A model generated the notes under the pieces. It was not told the origin of the DNA, made no database searches, and was given only the letters and a program-made list of their open reading frames with translations. A program made the translations under genes and the position numbers. DNA of 64,000 nucleotides from Octopus bimaculoides (Eukaryota). Shown here piece after piece: positions 11,831-25,219 of the stretch; positions within the stretch are counted from its first letter, which is position 1; the number at the start of each line of letters is the position of its first letter. The stretch spans positions 30,137,486 through 30,201,485 of the forward strand of contig NC_068996.1 of assembly GCF_001194135.2 (NCBI RefSeq). The letters run 5' to 3'.

Positions 11831-13403
11831 ACATACAATACTTAGAATGTTAATCCTGAGAGTAAAATATATAAGTTCCTGTTTTGTGGAGGGCATATTC
11901 ACTCAAAATATGAAAAAATACTAGTGGAATGTAGCTTTCAAAAACCTCAATAAAATGTAGGTATAACAGTCCATATATCATGATCTAGGGCAGTGTGCAC
12001 AATAATGAAAATCATTTGCAGATTTTAACACTATATTTATTCCTTGAATTATTTGAGAGCATTAATCTTGAAGATGAGTTTTGCAAAATCAAACCAGAAC
12101 AAACAGACCAATTAAAAAATTACAATGACAAGACATTAATGGAACTGTGAAAAATATCTAAAACATACCCTGTGCATATGTACATGTAAACTTACAGAAA
12201 TATGTATGTATACACTCATAATTCATGCAGATCAACACATGCAGTGAAATCCATGAATGCACGTATGCATATGTATGCAGATACATATATGCATACATGA
12301 CTGCCTAGTTGTTGTCTAAATTCTAATGAAAGAACCTTGTTTTGGGGTTAGAAGCAGGTCTCATTTTTGTTGGTGAGAAATTAGAACATGAAACATGAAA
12401 ATGAAATTAGAAATGAAATCAGCAAAAGATTCATTAGTAAAAATATATGCTTGCATAAATGCATGTTTTTTTTTTCTAAGTTTTTTTCCTTTGCAGAATT
12501 CAATTTGATCAGTAAACAAAGTGACAAGGCTCTTTTGTTTAAGACAAAACAGCTCTTGAGGTTTGTGGTTATCTGAATTAGTTGGTGTATGAATAAACTT
12601 GTGCTTGTGTAGTGGCTGTGCATGCCACTTTAGTATACAAGTGTGTGTGTGTGTGTGTGTGCTTCATTACTGTGTGCATGTGTTTAACTCATAAATCCCA
12701 AGTGGAGAATCTATGGAATTTTTTTTACAAATTTTGACTTACCTCTGATCAGTTGTATTTAGAGAATGCAAATCTGTTTGCTCTGATTTTTTTGTTTTTT
12801 GTTTTTGAGAACACCTGCATTTCCAGCATTTTGTGATGTGTTATGTACTCCAGTGCACGCACCTATCATTATAGAAACAAATGAATATCTATAATTTAGA
12901 TAAAGGAGTTAGAAGTTTCTCATTTGTTCTCCATAGAAGTTCTTTTCCCAATATCTTTTACATGACATCATATCTGACCAGCATCTGATCTCTACAATGA
13001 TGCATGACTCTTGTTTCTTGTCCCATACAACCATATGTAGCATGTGCTTACTCCACATCGCTATTTTTATTAGAATGTTCCACCAGTATTATTTATTTTT
13101 AACAATGTGTATACTCTCTGGTTCAAGTGTGCTTTTGATATGTCCTTCTTGCATATAGTGTGTGTACTTGTATGCATTTTTAATGAATATCTTTGGTTTT
13201 ATTTTTCGAATTTCTCACCAAGAGAAAAAGCCAGAAAATGTCATATATATGTCTCTGATCAAAATATATTGAAGAAATTAGAAGCAGGAAAAAAAAAGTT
13301 ATAGACATTACTTGAAAAATACCTTTGTAAGTTTCCCCATGTTTGAATAACCATTTTTTTTAGGAAATTACATTTGTTACTGAAATTTTAATTTCTTTTT
13401 CAG

Positions 13404-13600
13404 CTATATTATTAGGTTCTGTGAAACTACCTTATGAAGAAATCAAGAGGTGTATACTACAGGTTGACTTGGAAAATCTTTCTCAACATATACTTGAACA
13501 ACTTCTGAATTATCTACCACCACAAGATGCTATAAATCAACTGGGTACCATGAAAGATAACTATAATGAACTAGCTGAATCAGAACAATTTATGGTTGTG
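13404..13600 (+). CDS. DIAPH: Formin exon B (197 bp): (S)ILLGSVKLPYEEIKRCILQVD...LAESEQFMVV
   Basis: Acceptor tttttcag| and donor |gtaagt; contains the conserved actin-contact Ile (NLSIL, equivalent to mDia1 I845). Confidence 0.96.
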
Positions 13601-13930
13601 GTAAGTTGCATTCACTTTGTATTTTTTGTTTTATTTTACTAAAGCTTTTTGTACATTTTCATAACGATTGTTGTCATTTGTTTTATTTTTGTTTGCTGTA
13701 ATTATGTTTGTTTTATTTCTTTATTTTTAGTGGTTTTACTTTTTCATCTAATTTCCAAAATTTCTTTACTATCATGATTTGTAACTAACACTGAACACTC
13801 AATATTTCCCTTTTATATAGGGTTTTAAAGTCACTGTATTTTCTGCAGATATTTAGCATTAGCAGTTGTTAATATTCATCACTTTTCCTTTGTGCAATAC
13901 TTTATGATGTTGGTATAACGTAGTAAGACC

Positions 13931-14208
13931 TTGTTGTGTCTGGGGAGAATCATTATGCCAATATTATTAACACATACACTGGTTCAATTCCATTTGCTTT
14001 TTTTTTTGTCAATTGGTTAAATATGCAACTAACTAATCAATTGTTTGTTTAATTTGGTTAAACAATAAGTCTTTTGTTTGTCAAAACTTTTTCATTGCTA
14101 CTTGCAACCTTTTCAATGACTTTTCAATTGACTAATAATAAAGGAGTGGAATTGAACCAGTGTGTGTGTTAATAATATTGACATAATGACTCTCCCTAGA
14201 CATAACAA
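13931..14208. mobile_element. Fold-back MITE with 62-bp inverted arms
   Basis: 13931-13992 is ~90% identical to the reverse complement of 14147-14208; a 9-bp direct repeat tagtaagac at 13921 and 14245 may be a TSD. Confidence 0.75.
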
Positions 14209-14805
14209 AATTTGTTCCAACCCATTTGCAAACCAACAAAACCTTAGTAAGACTTACTAGAATCAAAATACTAAAAAAATAAACAAAAAGAATGTATTAT
14301 TTCACTCATTACTTCTAGAAAGTTTCATATAATTTTTTAAGTTGCAAATACTGCATCAAGTCTTTAGAATCAATATATCTGTAAGTGCTAAGCAACTATT
14401 GACACTTAAAACAGAACTCTTTCACTAGCACCTTGTTTATATTCAACTGTTAGACATTCACTTGAGGACCTGACACATCCATATTGACTGGTCTTTTGTT
14501 GCCAATTTTTCTTTCATAATTTTTCACTTTTTGGAAACATTTTTAATTCTTTGTCTTTCATCTTTTTATATTATAACATTGCCTGTAATTTATATGTAAT
14601 ACCAGCATATGTTGTTAAATCTGTTAAATATTTTCTCTAAATAATAGTGTATGAATTATAATGATACAGTGTATGTGGTTCCGTCCAACCTACTGTAATG
14701 TGCGGAAACTATGCAGACATAGGTGGGATGACAAACTGAACATATTAACATTTTTTTTCTTATCAGAGCTGTTACACTATATTGAAAATTATTCTCTAAT
14801 TAGAA

Positions 14806-14952
14806 AATATCAGATTTAAGAACTCTAACACACTGCTAAATTCTAGATCTGAAACTTTTAGCAATTGTAAGCATATGACTAACTTCCTATTGATGAAGTG
14901 GAGAGTGCCACTATCTCTGGATTGACTAACTGTACCACAGACTCTAAGCCAC
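14806..14952 (+). mobile_element. PLE family C 3' fragment
   Basis: Near-identical to 16889-17036 (LLNSRSE.F..CKHM end of GIY-YIG). Confidence 0.8.
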
Positions 14953-15087
14953 TGTAATTAGTGTGGATGCCTTTATATTGTTAATGTATTTATGCATCCT
15001 GTTCAGTATACACTTTGTTTTTAATGTTTGTATACAATAAAATTAATTTACTAAGATTAATTAGTTATATTTCTTTTTTTTTTTCAG

Positions 15088-15174
15088 ATATCAGATATCA
15101 AATCTGTAAATCAAAGAGTATCATCACTATTATTTCGAGTGAAATATGAAGAAATCATAAATGACATCAAGCCT
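15088..15174 (+). CDS. DIAPH: Formin exon C (87 bp): ISDIKSVNQRVSSLLFRVKYEEIINDIKP
   Basis: Long polypyrimidine tract then cag|, donor |gtgagt; phase 0/0; aligns to Dia [24 protein letters not shown]. Confidence 0.94.
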
Positions 15175-16214
15175 GTGAGTGATTATATTTCCACTAATTA
15201 GTTTTAATGAACAACCTCTCAGATCTGGGCCCTTGCATCTAATTTTACCTTTCACTTGGGCTCTTGCGCAAAAAAATAGCTGCACATCCAGCTCAAGAGT
15301 AATAATTGCAAGCAAACTAATGGACAGAATAAAAAAAAAAATTCAGGAGAATAACAATAATAGGCCTATCTCTCAATTAGTTATTTGTTAATATATATAT
15401 ATATATATATATATANNNNNNNNNNNNNNNNNNNNNNNNNNNNNNNNNNNNNNNNNNNNNNNNNNNNNNNNNNNNNNNNNNNNNNNNNNNNNNNNNNNNN
15501 NNNNNNNNNNNNNNNNNNNNNNNNNNNNNNNNNNNNNNNNNNNNNNNNNNNNNNNNNNNNNNNNNNNNNNNNNNNNNNNNNNNNNNNNNNNNNNNNNNNN
15601 NNNNNNNNNNNNNNNNNNNNNNNNNNNNNNNNNNNNNNNNNNNNNNNNNNNNNNNNNNNNNNNNNNNNNNNNNNNNNNNNNNNNNNNNNNNNNNNNNNNN
15701 NNNNNNNNNNNNNNNNNNNNNNNNNNNNNNNNNNNNNNNNNNNNNNNNNNNNNNNNNNNNNNNNNNNNNNNNNNNNNNNNNNNNNNNNNNNNNNNNNNNN
15801 NNNNNNNNNNNNNNNNNNNNNNNNNNNNNNNNNNNNNNNNNNNNNNNNNNNNNNNNNNNGAAAGTATGATAGGCGAGCCAGCCCATCATCTTCCCTCACG
15901 GATTACCATGTGCGTCGCAGGCGGTACCGCAGAAAATCTGTGGTTTACTATCCGGGAGTGAATAATTAATTATTACAATTGAAAGGGTAAAGGATTATCA
16001 ATTTATTAATAAATTAATAATTAATAATTTTTACCAAGCCCTTCGGTATGTAAGCACCATTATCGGTGTGGAACTTATTTAAAAGTTCTTATACATTTAT
16101 AAACAAAATTAAGGGATCAGCAACAGGTTGCTTCACCACATACCGAAGTTCAGAAATAGCAGCTAAAAATGCTGAAACTCCAACAGATAGCAGTTACCCG
16201 CAACTCAATATATA

Positions 16215-17130
16215 TATATTAATTTATCCTTAAAGCCACTATTGGCTAGGGCATTGTTGTATGAGGGGGCTGCCTTTTCAAAAATTTCTTTAGAGGAAAA
16301 GAGGTTAGAAACTCTGTTAATAATGTTAGCTATCAGGTTTTTGAATACTACAGAGGAGTGACAATCAGAATAATAATAAAAGACCTAGGAAAATAATTTA
16401 GTCCCCCCCTCTTTCCCTTAATGTAAAAACTAACATAGGTAAGAAGATTCCTGTCTTTCCTAGACCAATGTTTTCCAGAAAATCAGAGGTACAGGAAAAC
16501 GTTTAACAGGCGCTCAGTGAAATTATATAGCTGCTGCCCCAATATGAAAAGCGTCATTACATGAGAACAACATCCAGGAACCTGTCCACTCAACCAGAGA
16601 TGTATGATTAAATCCTTCATATATGGGGAAGAAGTTAGAGCCACACTAGATGATAACACAACTGATAAGAAGAGCTATATCAGACTATGTGAAGGAAAAT
16701 TCAAAAACTGCTATGCTAATCACATATCTTCTTTCTGACACAGGAACAAAAGTAAAGCTATTAAGTTGGCCAGCGACTGATGGGGTTTGAAGACAAATGC
16801 AACACCACATGCAATAAAGTGGAAAATAGTTGAAAAGTCTACCCTGTATGTTAATGGATCAAAAAATGTAAGCTATGTGTACCTGAAAAATATCAGATCT
16901 AAGAATTCTAACACACTGCTAAATTCTAGATCTGAAATTTTTAACAATTGTAAGCATATGACTAACTTCCTATTAATGAAGTGGAGAATGCCACTATCTC
17001 TGGATTGACCAACTGTACCACAGACTCTAAGCCACTATCTTTTCAGCCTTATATTTTAAGGTCTAAGAGGAAATAACTCTAATCACCCCCCTCCAGTCTT
17101 GTTACTTTCTGTTTTCGTTTTCCAGTTTTT
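16215..17130 (+). mobile_element. PLE family C, 5'-truncated with a 5' inversion (16215-16370 on -)
   Basis: The - strand piece reads NRVSNLFSSKEIFEKAAPSYNNALANSGF (RT thumb). The + strand reads VKTNIG...YSCCPNMKS...CPLNQRCM...KWKIVEKST (linker + GIY-YIG). Confidence 0.8.
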
Positions 17131-17324
17131 CAACCTTCCACCTTTTATATCTACTTCTTTCTCACGTTTTCTCTCATCTTATTGCCCCATTTTTAGTTTA
17201 TCATACTACATGGGCAGTGCCTGGAAATTGTGCTAGGACACCTGGCATATTAAAAAATACTGTCTGGCATGTTCTCAGCACATGAAACTAATTGCAGCAC
17301 ATAAAATATTGTGTTTATTAAATA

Positions 17325-17377
<53 letters not shown>

Positions 17378-17695
17378 NNNNNNNNNNNNNNNNNNNNNNN
17401 NNNNNNNNNNNNNNNNNNNNNNNNNNNNNNNNNNNNNNNNNNNNNNNNNNNNNNNNNNNNNNNNNNNNNNNNNNNNNNNNNNNNNNNNNNNNNNNNNNNN
17501 NNNNNNNNNNNNNNNNNNNNNNNNNNNNNNNNNNNNNNNNNNNNNNNNNNNNNNNNNNNNNNNNNNNNNNNNNNNNNNNNNNNNNNNNNNNNNNNNNNNN
17601 NNNNNNNNNNNNNNNNNNNNNNNNNNNNNNNNNNNNNNNNNNNNNNNNNNNNNNNNNNNNNNNNNNNNNNNNNNNNNNNNNNNNNNNNNNNNNNN

Positions 17696-17735
<40 letters not shown>

Positions 17736-17809
17736 TTTATTAATAAAGCTGCAAAGACATCACAAAAACTGTTACTCATTTCACGTTCCCATTCATCAGA
17801 CAGTTTTGG

Positions 17810-18130
17810 TATATATCATCATCGTTTAACGTCCATCTTCCATGCATGCATGGGTAGGATGGTTGACAGGAGCTGGCGAGGTAGAAAAACTACCTTAGAC
17901 TACTGTGTCTGTTTTGGCATGGATTTTACATCTGGATGCCCTTTCTAACAACAACCACTCTGCAGAGTGGACTCAGTGCTTTACGTGGCACAGGTGAGGT
18001 TAGTTTGGGCATGATTTTTACAGGTGGATGACCTTCGAAATGCCAACCACGTTACAGTGTGAACTGGATGATTTTAACATGGCACCAGCACTGGCAGGGT
18101 AACCAAGTAACTCACATGACAAGGAATTTT
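17810..18130 (-). mobile_element. RTE-type LINE/SINE 3' tail ending in (ATG)n
   Basis: catcgtttaacgtcc...catgcatgcatggg...ggatgccctt.ctaac; homologous to 22261-22570, 48520-48650 and 55325-55500. Confidence 0.7.
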
Positions 18131-18829
18131 GAGAGGGGCAGGGGTATTTGAGGAGGGGAATTTGTGTCAGAGGATGAAAGGTTAGAGTGTGACAAAAAGA
18201 CAGAGAGACAGAAGGTGTCTTGCTACAACAGAGGGAGCATTAGAGGAGGTGATTCAGTATCAAATGATGAAAGATTCGAGTGTGACAGAAATAGAGAGGC
18301 AGAAGTAGTTGTCTTGATATAGAGGAGGTATTTGATTACCCAGTAAGTGAGGGAGAGAGAGGTACAAGAAAGAGGCCAGAAACACGTGTGCTGATGTAAA
18401 GGGGATACTTGGTTACCTAGTCAGAGGAAAAACAAGAGAAAGAGAGAGAGAGAGTAGGAAACAGCAAAAGTGTAAGAGAGAGCAGAAGATAGATGGTGTA
18501 GTGCTAGGGTATACTCACGAGTAACAAGGGTCTGAGCATAAAATTTGGGTACAAAAATAGGGTGGGTGTGGAAGTGACAACAGTACAGTTAGCAGGGTAG
18601 TGAGAGCAAGAAAGAGGATTGGAAAATAATCATAGTTATGAATAGGAAATATGTAGAAGAGATGCACTTTGTTAATTTGCTAATTATTTTCTAAGTAACA
18701 TATCACCTTTCAGTGCATGCAGGTGGTAGTGTGGGCGATTGTTGGTGGCAGGGAGGGACGAAGGTATGCAAGTCTTCTAGTAGAAAAGTGAGGCAGATGA
18801 TTCTTGTAGGATTTCTGCTACCTTGGAAG

Positions 18830-19560
18830 TTTTCTGTCACCCACTGCAGGATCTGGTAAGGATATCGAACATCGCATCCAATCAGGTCATGCTTCTTTTG
18901 GTCATCTCAAAACCAGGGTCTTTTGCAACAAGGATCTGACATTCAAAACGAAGCTCATGGTCTATCAGGCTGTTGTTGTATCAACTCTGCTGTACAGGTG
19001 TGAAACCTGGACTGTTTACAGTAAGCACATGAAGAAAATAGAGCGCTTCCGTCAATCCAAACTTCACTCTATCCTGAACATCAACTGAGAAGATCGCATC
19101 ACCAACAACTCTGTGCTTGACAGACCAGGGCTCCTGAGCATCAAAGCCTTGATCATTGAACATCGTCTCCGATGATCAGGTTACATCTGTCAGATGAATG
19201 AACATCGCCTTCCCAAGATCTGTCTCCATGATGAACTGTCTGAAAGAAAACGTCCTTGTGGAGCCCCCTTGTTGAGTTGGTACAAGGACCAACTCAAATC
19301 AACCCTGAAAAGCACCAACATCGACCCCACACACTGAGAAGATATCTCAGCAAACACACCATCAAAACGGGTTCTGCGGACTTCGAAAAAGCCTGAGTCA
19401 CAAGAGCTGAACTCAAGAGACGGGAGAGAAAGCAGCGCCTTCTCCTTCCCAAACCAGCTCCTTCTATCCCTTGTCCACAATGTCTTCGTATATTTCATGC
19501 AACCCTTGGGTTGCGGAGCCATCTGCTGTTCAAACACCCAGGAAAATGAACTGGATTGCA
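18830..19560 (+). mobile_element. RTE (BovB-like) LINE 3' coding fragment
   Basis: KLMVYQAVVVSTLLYRCETWTVYSKHMKKIERF..., with C-terminal zinc finger CPQCLRIFHATLGLRSHL. Confidence 0.85.
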
Positions 19561-20541
19561 AGTTTGGAAACACGAGACGCAGCCAACTACTATATACATA
19601 GGTGGTTGGCGTTAGGAAAGACATCCAGCCATAGAAATCATGCCAAATCAAATTGGAACCTGGTGCAGCTAACCAGTTCTCAGTTGAACCATCCAACCCA
19701 TGTCAGCATGGAAAACGGATGTTAAGTGAAGATGATAATGATCAATAATAAAAAATAACAGATGCAAAAAAGAAACGGACACACAATACAACGCAAAAAA
19801 GTATTAAATATAACCGTTAATAGATATAGACGTATAAACACCCTCACCTAGGTTGTATGGCATATGTACACTTCCTCATACAGACAGCCACAAAGATGTA
19901 AGCATACACACATATGTGGTTTGGCACACACACGTTCACATAGCAAATTAAATAGCTACTTGGTGTTTATAAAGAGTGGGGAGGTTAGAGCTAAATTTAA
20001 TTCAGCCATACCTTCAGGTGAATAATTATTATTAATTACATTAGCAGTTACTCAAAGTCATTCCCACTGCTTTGAGTGAAAGTGCATTTATATACACGTA
20101 AGCATCTTACGAGTCTTTCAGAAATTCTATTAATGATCTTCTCATTAGTCCACAAAGTAGACAGGGATTCTTCAGAGCAGAGTCAGCATCTCTTGGAAAT
20201 GATATATGGTTTTGCATTCCTTATTATGGACTAAGTTATACTTAATTTTATCTTCATTAAGTTGCCACACAAAATTGACCAAAGATTTTGAATGTCACTT
20301 GTTGATTTTCTTAAAGCTGGCAACATGGTTGCAATAATGATTCTTCAATGAATCAACCATTGTCCAATGTAAACATATGGTTCTCCTTTTGTGTGTATGG
20401 TATATTTATATACAAGTTTTGTACTCATACAGATGTTCACCAATGGGCATCTTGATTTTTCTCTGCATGAGCATTTATTATATTTAGTTGTATATATGGT
20501 AGTTCTGACTTCATTTTCCAACGATGTTTCCATGTTAGGTA

Positions 20542-21443
20542 TGTAGTGAAACCTCTCTCTTGGGTATTTATTTATAAATGATAACGTAGCAACTAACATC
20601 TAGCTTTCGGCCGCTTGGACCCTTGTGTGTCCATGACCCTGATTGGCTCTTATTTGTGCGGCATTTGTCAACAGTTCTGTTTCGCGCCAGGGTGCATATC
20701 AACCAATCGTGGCCTTCTGTTAAGGTCACATGAGAGAGAGTTTTTGTGCTATTTCTGGAGCCCTTTTTTTTATCTATAAATAGCCCTGCTTCATCCATGC
20801 CAGTTTGTCACGACCTCAGACCTTTTCAAGTCTAGTCGTAGACCACACACCAACCAGCCAGTTTCCAGCGACGACATCAACACCACCGATCTACTGTCTA
20901 CTACAGTTCCATTCCCAACATCACCACTAGAGTACCCGCACCAACAACAGTAACCGCGGTTCCATCTCAACACTGTTTGTGTGGATTGTTTCCACCTCGA
21001 AAATAACAGCCAGAACAACCTGCGAGAATCTTTTGTATTCAAGTAACCGGCTTGGCATAGAAGCCTCAACTTCACTCACAACATGTGACACTTCAGCTCT
21101 GCCTACAGACATTCTACCTACTGTGTAACTCTTCTATGAACTGGTACTTTCTTATCTTTGTGTTCAGGACTCTTATAGTCTATTGTTAAAGACTCTTATT
21201 CCATGCTCTGTATTTCTCACTCACACACACATATTGTTGTATGCATACTCTCTATATATATATATATATCTAATGGTTGTGTCTCTGCCTCTCACTCTTT
21301 ATTTGCTGGCACTTGCTCGTATCTCACATTGCGAGCTTTCTTATGTTATATTACATGTTTTGTGTCGACCATGCAACACGTTAAAAGGACCTTGTTTCCA
21401 TACGTCGCCATTCTCCTTAGGTTCGCATGGTCGTTCTATTACA
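20542..21443 (+). mobile_element. Solo LTR (902 bp), 4-bp TSD GGTA
   Basis: Starts TGTAGTGAAAC and ends ...TATTACA; ggta at 20538-20541 and 21444-21447; TATA-like tataaata ~20775; interrupts the PLE. Confidence 0.88.
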
Positions 21444-22260
21444 GGTATATTACTATTACTGTTACAATTCCAATGTGGCTGTATCATGTGTTTTGCATTG
21501 CAGTTTACATCTTCTTTCTTGGTATTTTGATGTATACGTTTGATAGTTCCACTAGATGGGTTATTGAACCGTTGTTTCATTTTACTATTATTAATGCTGT
21601 GCATATGCTGCTCTAACTTAATAGAGTTAACATAAGATACCTTGATGGTGTGTCTATTAAAAATAGCATAGTATCTATTTGATTTTGGGAAACATTTGTC
21701 CGAGGCAGCAAAAGAATTCCCTAGTGGTCTTTGTTGAAACATGTGAACTGAAATTGGGTTGTACCAGAGGACATCGTGATTCCTATATTTGTTGTTTGGT
21801 GTGTTGTACAGAATTGGGACAATTTATTGTGTTATGAGGAGTAGAATTATTGTGTAGTTTATTGCCTTGACCAATTCTTCCTGGTCTGTATTCTTGATCT
21901 GAGTCAGTTTGCTTACCATAACATTGTGCAATGTGTATTATTATTGGAGGAATTGGGAGAGATATATGTGCCTGTGTCCTGTATGTATCGAATTTTCTCA
22001 CAATATCCAGCCCAAGCTAAAACACTATTATGATATGGTGCATGTGATTCCAAAATTTTGTATTAGCAGATAATCTAGATATTCTTGTTGAAATATTCTT
22101 AACTAATCCCTGTATTATTGAGGGTGGACGGTTGAAAATAAGATTAAGTATAACATAACTTGGTCCATAGTAAGGTACGCAAAACCATATGATATCATTT
22201 TCAGGAGATGCGAACTCTCCTCTGAGGAATCCTTGTCTATTCTGTGGACCAATGAGAAAA

Positions 22261-23431
22261 TCATCATCATCATCATCATCATTGCTTTCCATGCTAGCAT
22301 GGATTGGACGATTTGACTGAGGACTGGTGAAACCGGATGGCAACACCAGGCTCCAATCTGATTTGGCAGAGTTTCTACAGCTGGATGCCCTTCCTAACGT
22401 CAACCACTCTGAGAGTGTAGTGGGTGCTTTTACGTGTCACCCGCACGAAGGCCAGTCAGGTGGTACTGGCAACGGCCACGCTCAAAATGGTGTATTTTAT
22501 GTGCCACCCGCACAAGAGCCAGTCCAGGGGCACTGGCAACGATCTTGCTCGAAAATCCTTACACATGTCACNNNNNNNNNNNNNNNNNNNNNNNNNNNNN
22601 NNNNNNNNNNNNNNNNNNNNNNNNNNNNNNNNNNNNNNNNNNNNNNNNNNNNNNNNNNNNNNNNNNNNNNNNNNNNNNNNNNNNNNNNNNNNNNNNNNNN
22701 NNNNNNNNNNNNNNNNNNNNNNNNNNNNNNNNNNNNNNNNNNNNNNNNNNNNNNNNNNNNNNNNNNNNNNNNNNNNNNNNNNNNNNNNNNNNNNNNNNNN
22801 NNNNNNNNNNNNNNNNNNNNNNNNNNNNNNNNNNNNNNNNNNNNNNNNNNNNNNNNNNNNNNNNNNNNNNNNNNNNNNNNNNNNNNNNNNNNNNNNNNNN
22901 NNNNNNNNNNNNNNNNNNNNNNNNNNNNNNNNNNNNNNNNNNNNNNNNNNNNNNNNNNNNNNNNNNNNNNNNNNNNNNNNNNNNNNNNNNNNNNNNNNNN
23001 NNNNNNNNNNNNNNNNNNNNNNNNNNNNNNNNNNNNNNNNNNNNNNNNNNNNNNNNNNNNNNNNNNNNNNNNNNNNNNNNNNNNNNNNNNNNNNNNNNNN
23101 NNNNNNNNNNNGCAATCGTCTCTCTTGCACACCACAACTGATGCTTCTTATGTTCAGCTTTTCTCTCAAGATACTTACACTCTGTCGGGTATGCACACTG
23201 ACATTGCACATCCGACAGAGCATACTGGCTTCATTCCTTGCGAGCTTACGCATGTCCTCAGCAGTCACAGCCCATGTTTCACTGCCATGTAGCATGGCTG
23301 TTTGTACACATGCGTCATACAGTCTGTCTTTTACTCTGAGTGAGAGTCCCTTTGTCGCCAGCAGAGGTAAGAGCTCTCTGAACTTTGCCCAGGTTATTCT
23401 TATTCTAGCAGCTACACTTTCAGCGAGCTAC
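22261..23431 (-). mobile_element. 5'-truncated RTE-clade LINE inserted in the PLE (spans gap 22572-23111)
   Basis: MLHGSETWAVTAEDMRKLARNEASMLCRMCNV...RL (RTE C-terminus); (ATG)n tail; probable TSD aaaatcat at 22257-22264 and 23432-23439. Confidence 0.82.
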
Positions 23432-24999
23432 AAAATCATTAATAGAATTTCTGAAAGACTCTCAAGATGCTGATATGCATATAAATGCACTTTCACTCAA
23501 TGCAGTGGGAATGAATTTGAGTAACTATCAATGTAATTAACAATCATAATTCACCTGAAGATATAGCTGAATTAAATTTATCTCTAACCTCCCCATTGTT
23601 ATAAACGCCAAGTAGCTATTTAATTTGCTATGTGAATATGTGTGCCAAGCCACACATGTGCGTATGCTTACGTCTTTGTGGATGTCTGTATGAGCGAGTG
23701 TACATGTGCCATACAACCTACATGAGGGCATTTATATATTCATATCTATTAAGTTATATTTAATTCATTTTTCACTGTATTGTGTGTTCATTTCTTAGTT
23801 TGCATCTGTTATTTTTTATTATTTATGTTCTACATAAATGAAGTTATATCCTTTAATTTGCTGCTTTTCTTTATACGAACTGAGAAGATACATTGCGAAA
23901 CTGTTATTTTAATGAGTTATCTCTATTTATCACACGAAGAGACACATCTACACTATTGGATGCTCTTGAACCAGTTGTTAAGTATTCCACTCATGAGGGA
24001 TCAATGCTAGGTGGGTCAAAACAATTGTAGTAATTAATAAAAGTTCTCATATCTTCTGCCTCATTAACCAAGTACACAACAAACGCTGTGAAAGTGAATG
24101 TGCTTTACCAGTGAGCTACCAGGTATAAAACATATATTCATTATATAATATGTGTGTGTGTGTGTGTACACGTACGTACACATAGAGTACAACATGTATT
24201 AAGTACTTTCTCTCATTTGCAAAACCAAATGTGTGGAATATTGACTTCTCACAGCTTTGCTTGTGTTAATGGTAATATGACATTTATATTCCTTACTGAC
24301 AAATGAGATTAGCTGCTCAAAGACTTGTAGAATAAAAGTTACTTCAGTTGATAAGCCAATATAAATTAGCAACAGGAAGGGTATCCAGCTATAAAATTTT
24401 GCATCAAATACATCCCATCTAACCCATGTTACCATGGAAAAATAGATCTGAAACAATCAAACAATTATATTTTATTTTTAAAGAAGAAATCTTAAGGCTT
24501 AGTTACTCAAATACTTCAGTAGCTACTCTCTGTTATCAGTTTTCTGCTTCATAGTACTTTTATTTATTCCATTTGTAAAAATCAAACACACTTCTACCTA
24601 TATATATCATCCTCATTATTCTATGTTCATTTCTCCATGCTTGCATGGTTTGGATGGATGCCATATCATCTTGCTATTTATTGCAGACCTTCAACTAAAG
24701 AAACCACAAGTATCTGTTTTTTATGTTTTCATTTGGTATACTTTTATGGTTGGATGCCTTTCTACTACCAGCCATATAACAGTATCGTTTTGGTGCATTT
24801 TATCATACCATTGGCATTAGGAAGGTTGAATGCAATGAAACTAAATATTTCTTTTTAGTTATGTCATTTTTTTAAAATTCAGAATCACTCTTCTCCTACA
24901 TAAGTCACTTATGTGTAGCATCCAAAGTTCATATATCTCCATTTTATTTCTCATAACTGTTTTCGTAATTAACTTATTTGTATTGATGTCTTCCATCAG

Positions 25000-25152
25000 A
25001 GTATTGTAGCCATAACACAAGCATTTGACCAAGTTAGAAGCAGTGCAAAGTTTTCCAGTATAATGACATTGATATTAAGTATTGGCAACTATATGAATAC
25101 TGGGTCTAGAAATGCTGAATCAATAGGTTTTGAAATATCTTACCTCAATAAG
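25000..25152 (+). CDS. DIAPH: Formin exon D (153 bp): SIVAITQAFDQVRSS...GNYMNTGSRNAESIGFEISYLNK
   Basis: Acceptor ccatcag| and donor |gtatgt; carries the FH2 hallmark GNYMN motif. Confidence 0.97.
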
Positions 25153-25219
25153 GTATGTAAAAACTGGATTTATCCTTTTTTTTTCTTTTTTTTTATCCAA
25201 AAATTTATATGATATTCAT

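Larger units (their letters stand above)
19745..24130. mobile_element. Composite PLE family A: - strand body (19745-22132) plus inverted + strand 3' copy (22134-24130), carrying two nested insertions
   Basis: On -: GIY-YIG (20345-20540), linker FPKSNRYYAIFNRHTIKVSY (~21640-21710) and thumb KNISTRISRLSAN (~22060-22110). The right arm is the reverse complement of 19745-20260. Confidence 0.8.

Noticed and set aside
16035-16070. Hammerhead-like motif on the - strand (CCGATAAT...GAAG)
   Set aside because: Too many core substitutions to call.
15377-23473. Long ORF-track entries spanning N runs (15377-15969, 17282-17948, 22327-23473; also 59126-59983)
   Set aside because: Their length comes from assembly gaps and (TA)n tracts; the real residues are microsatellite or LINE debris.
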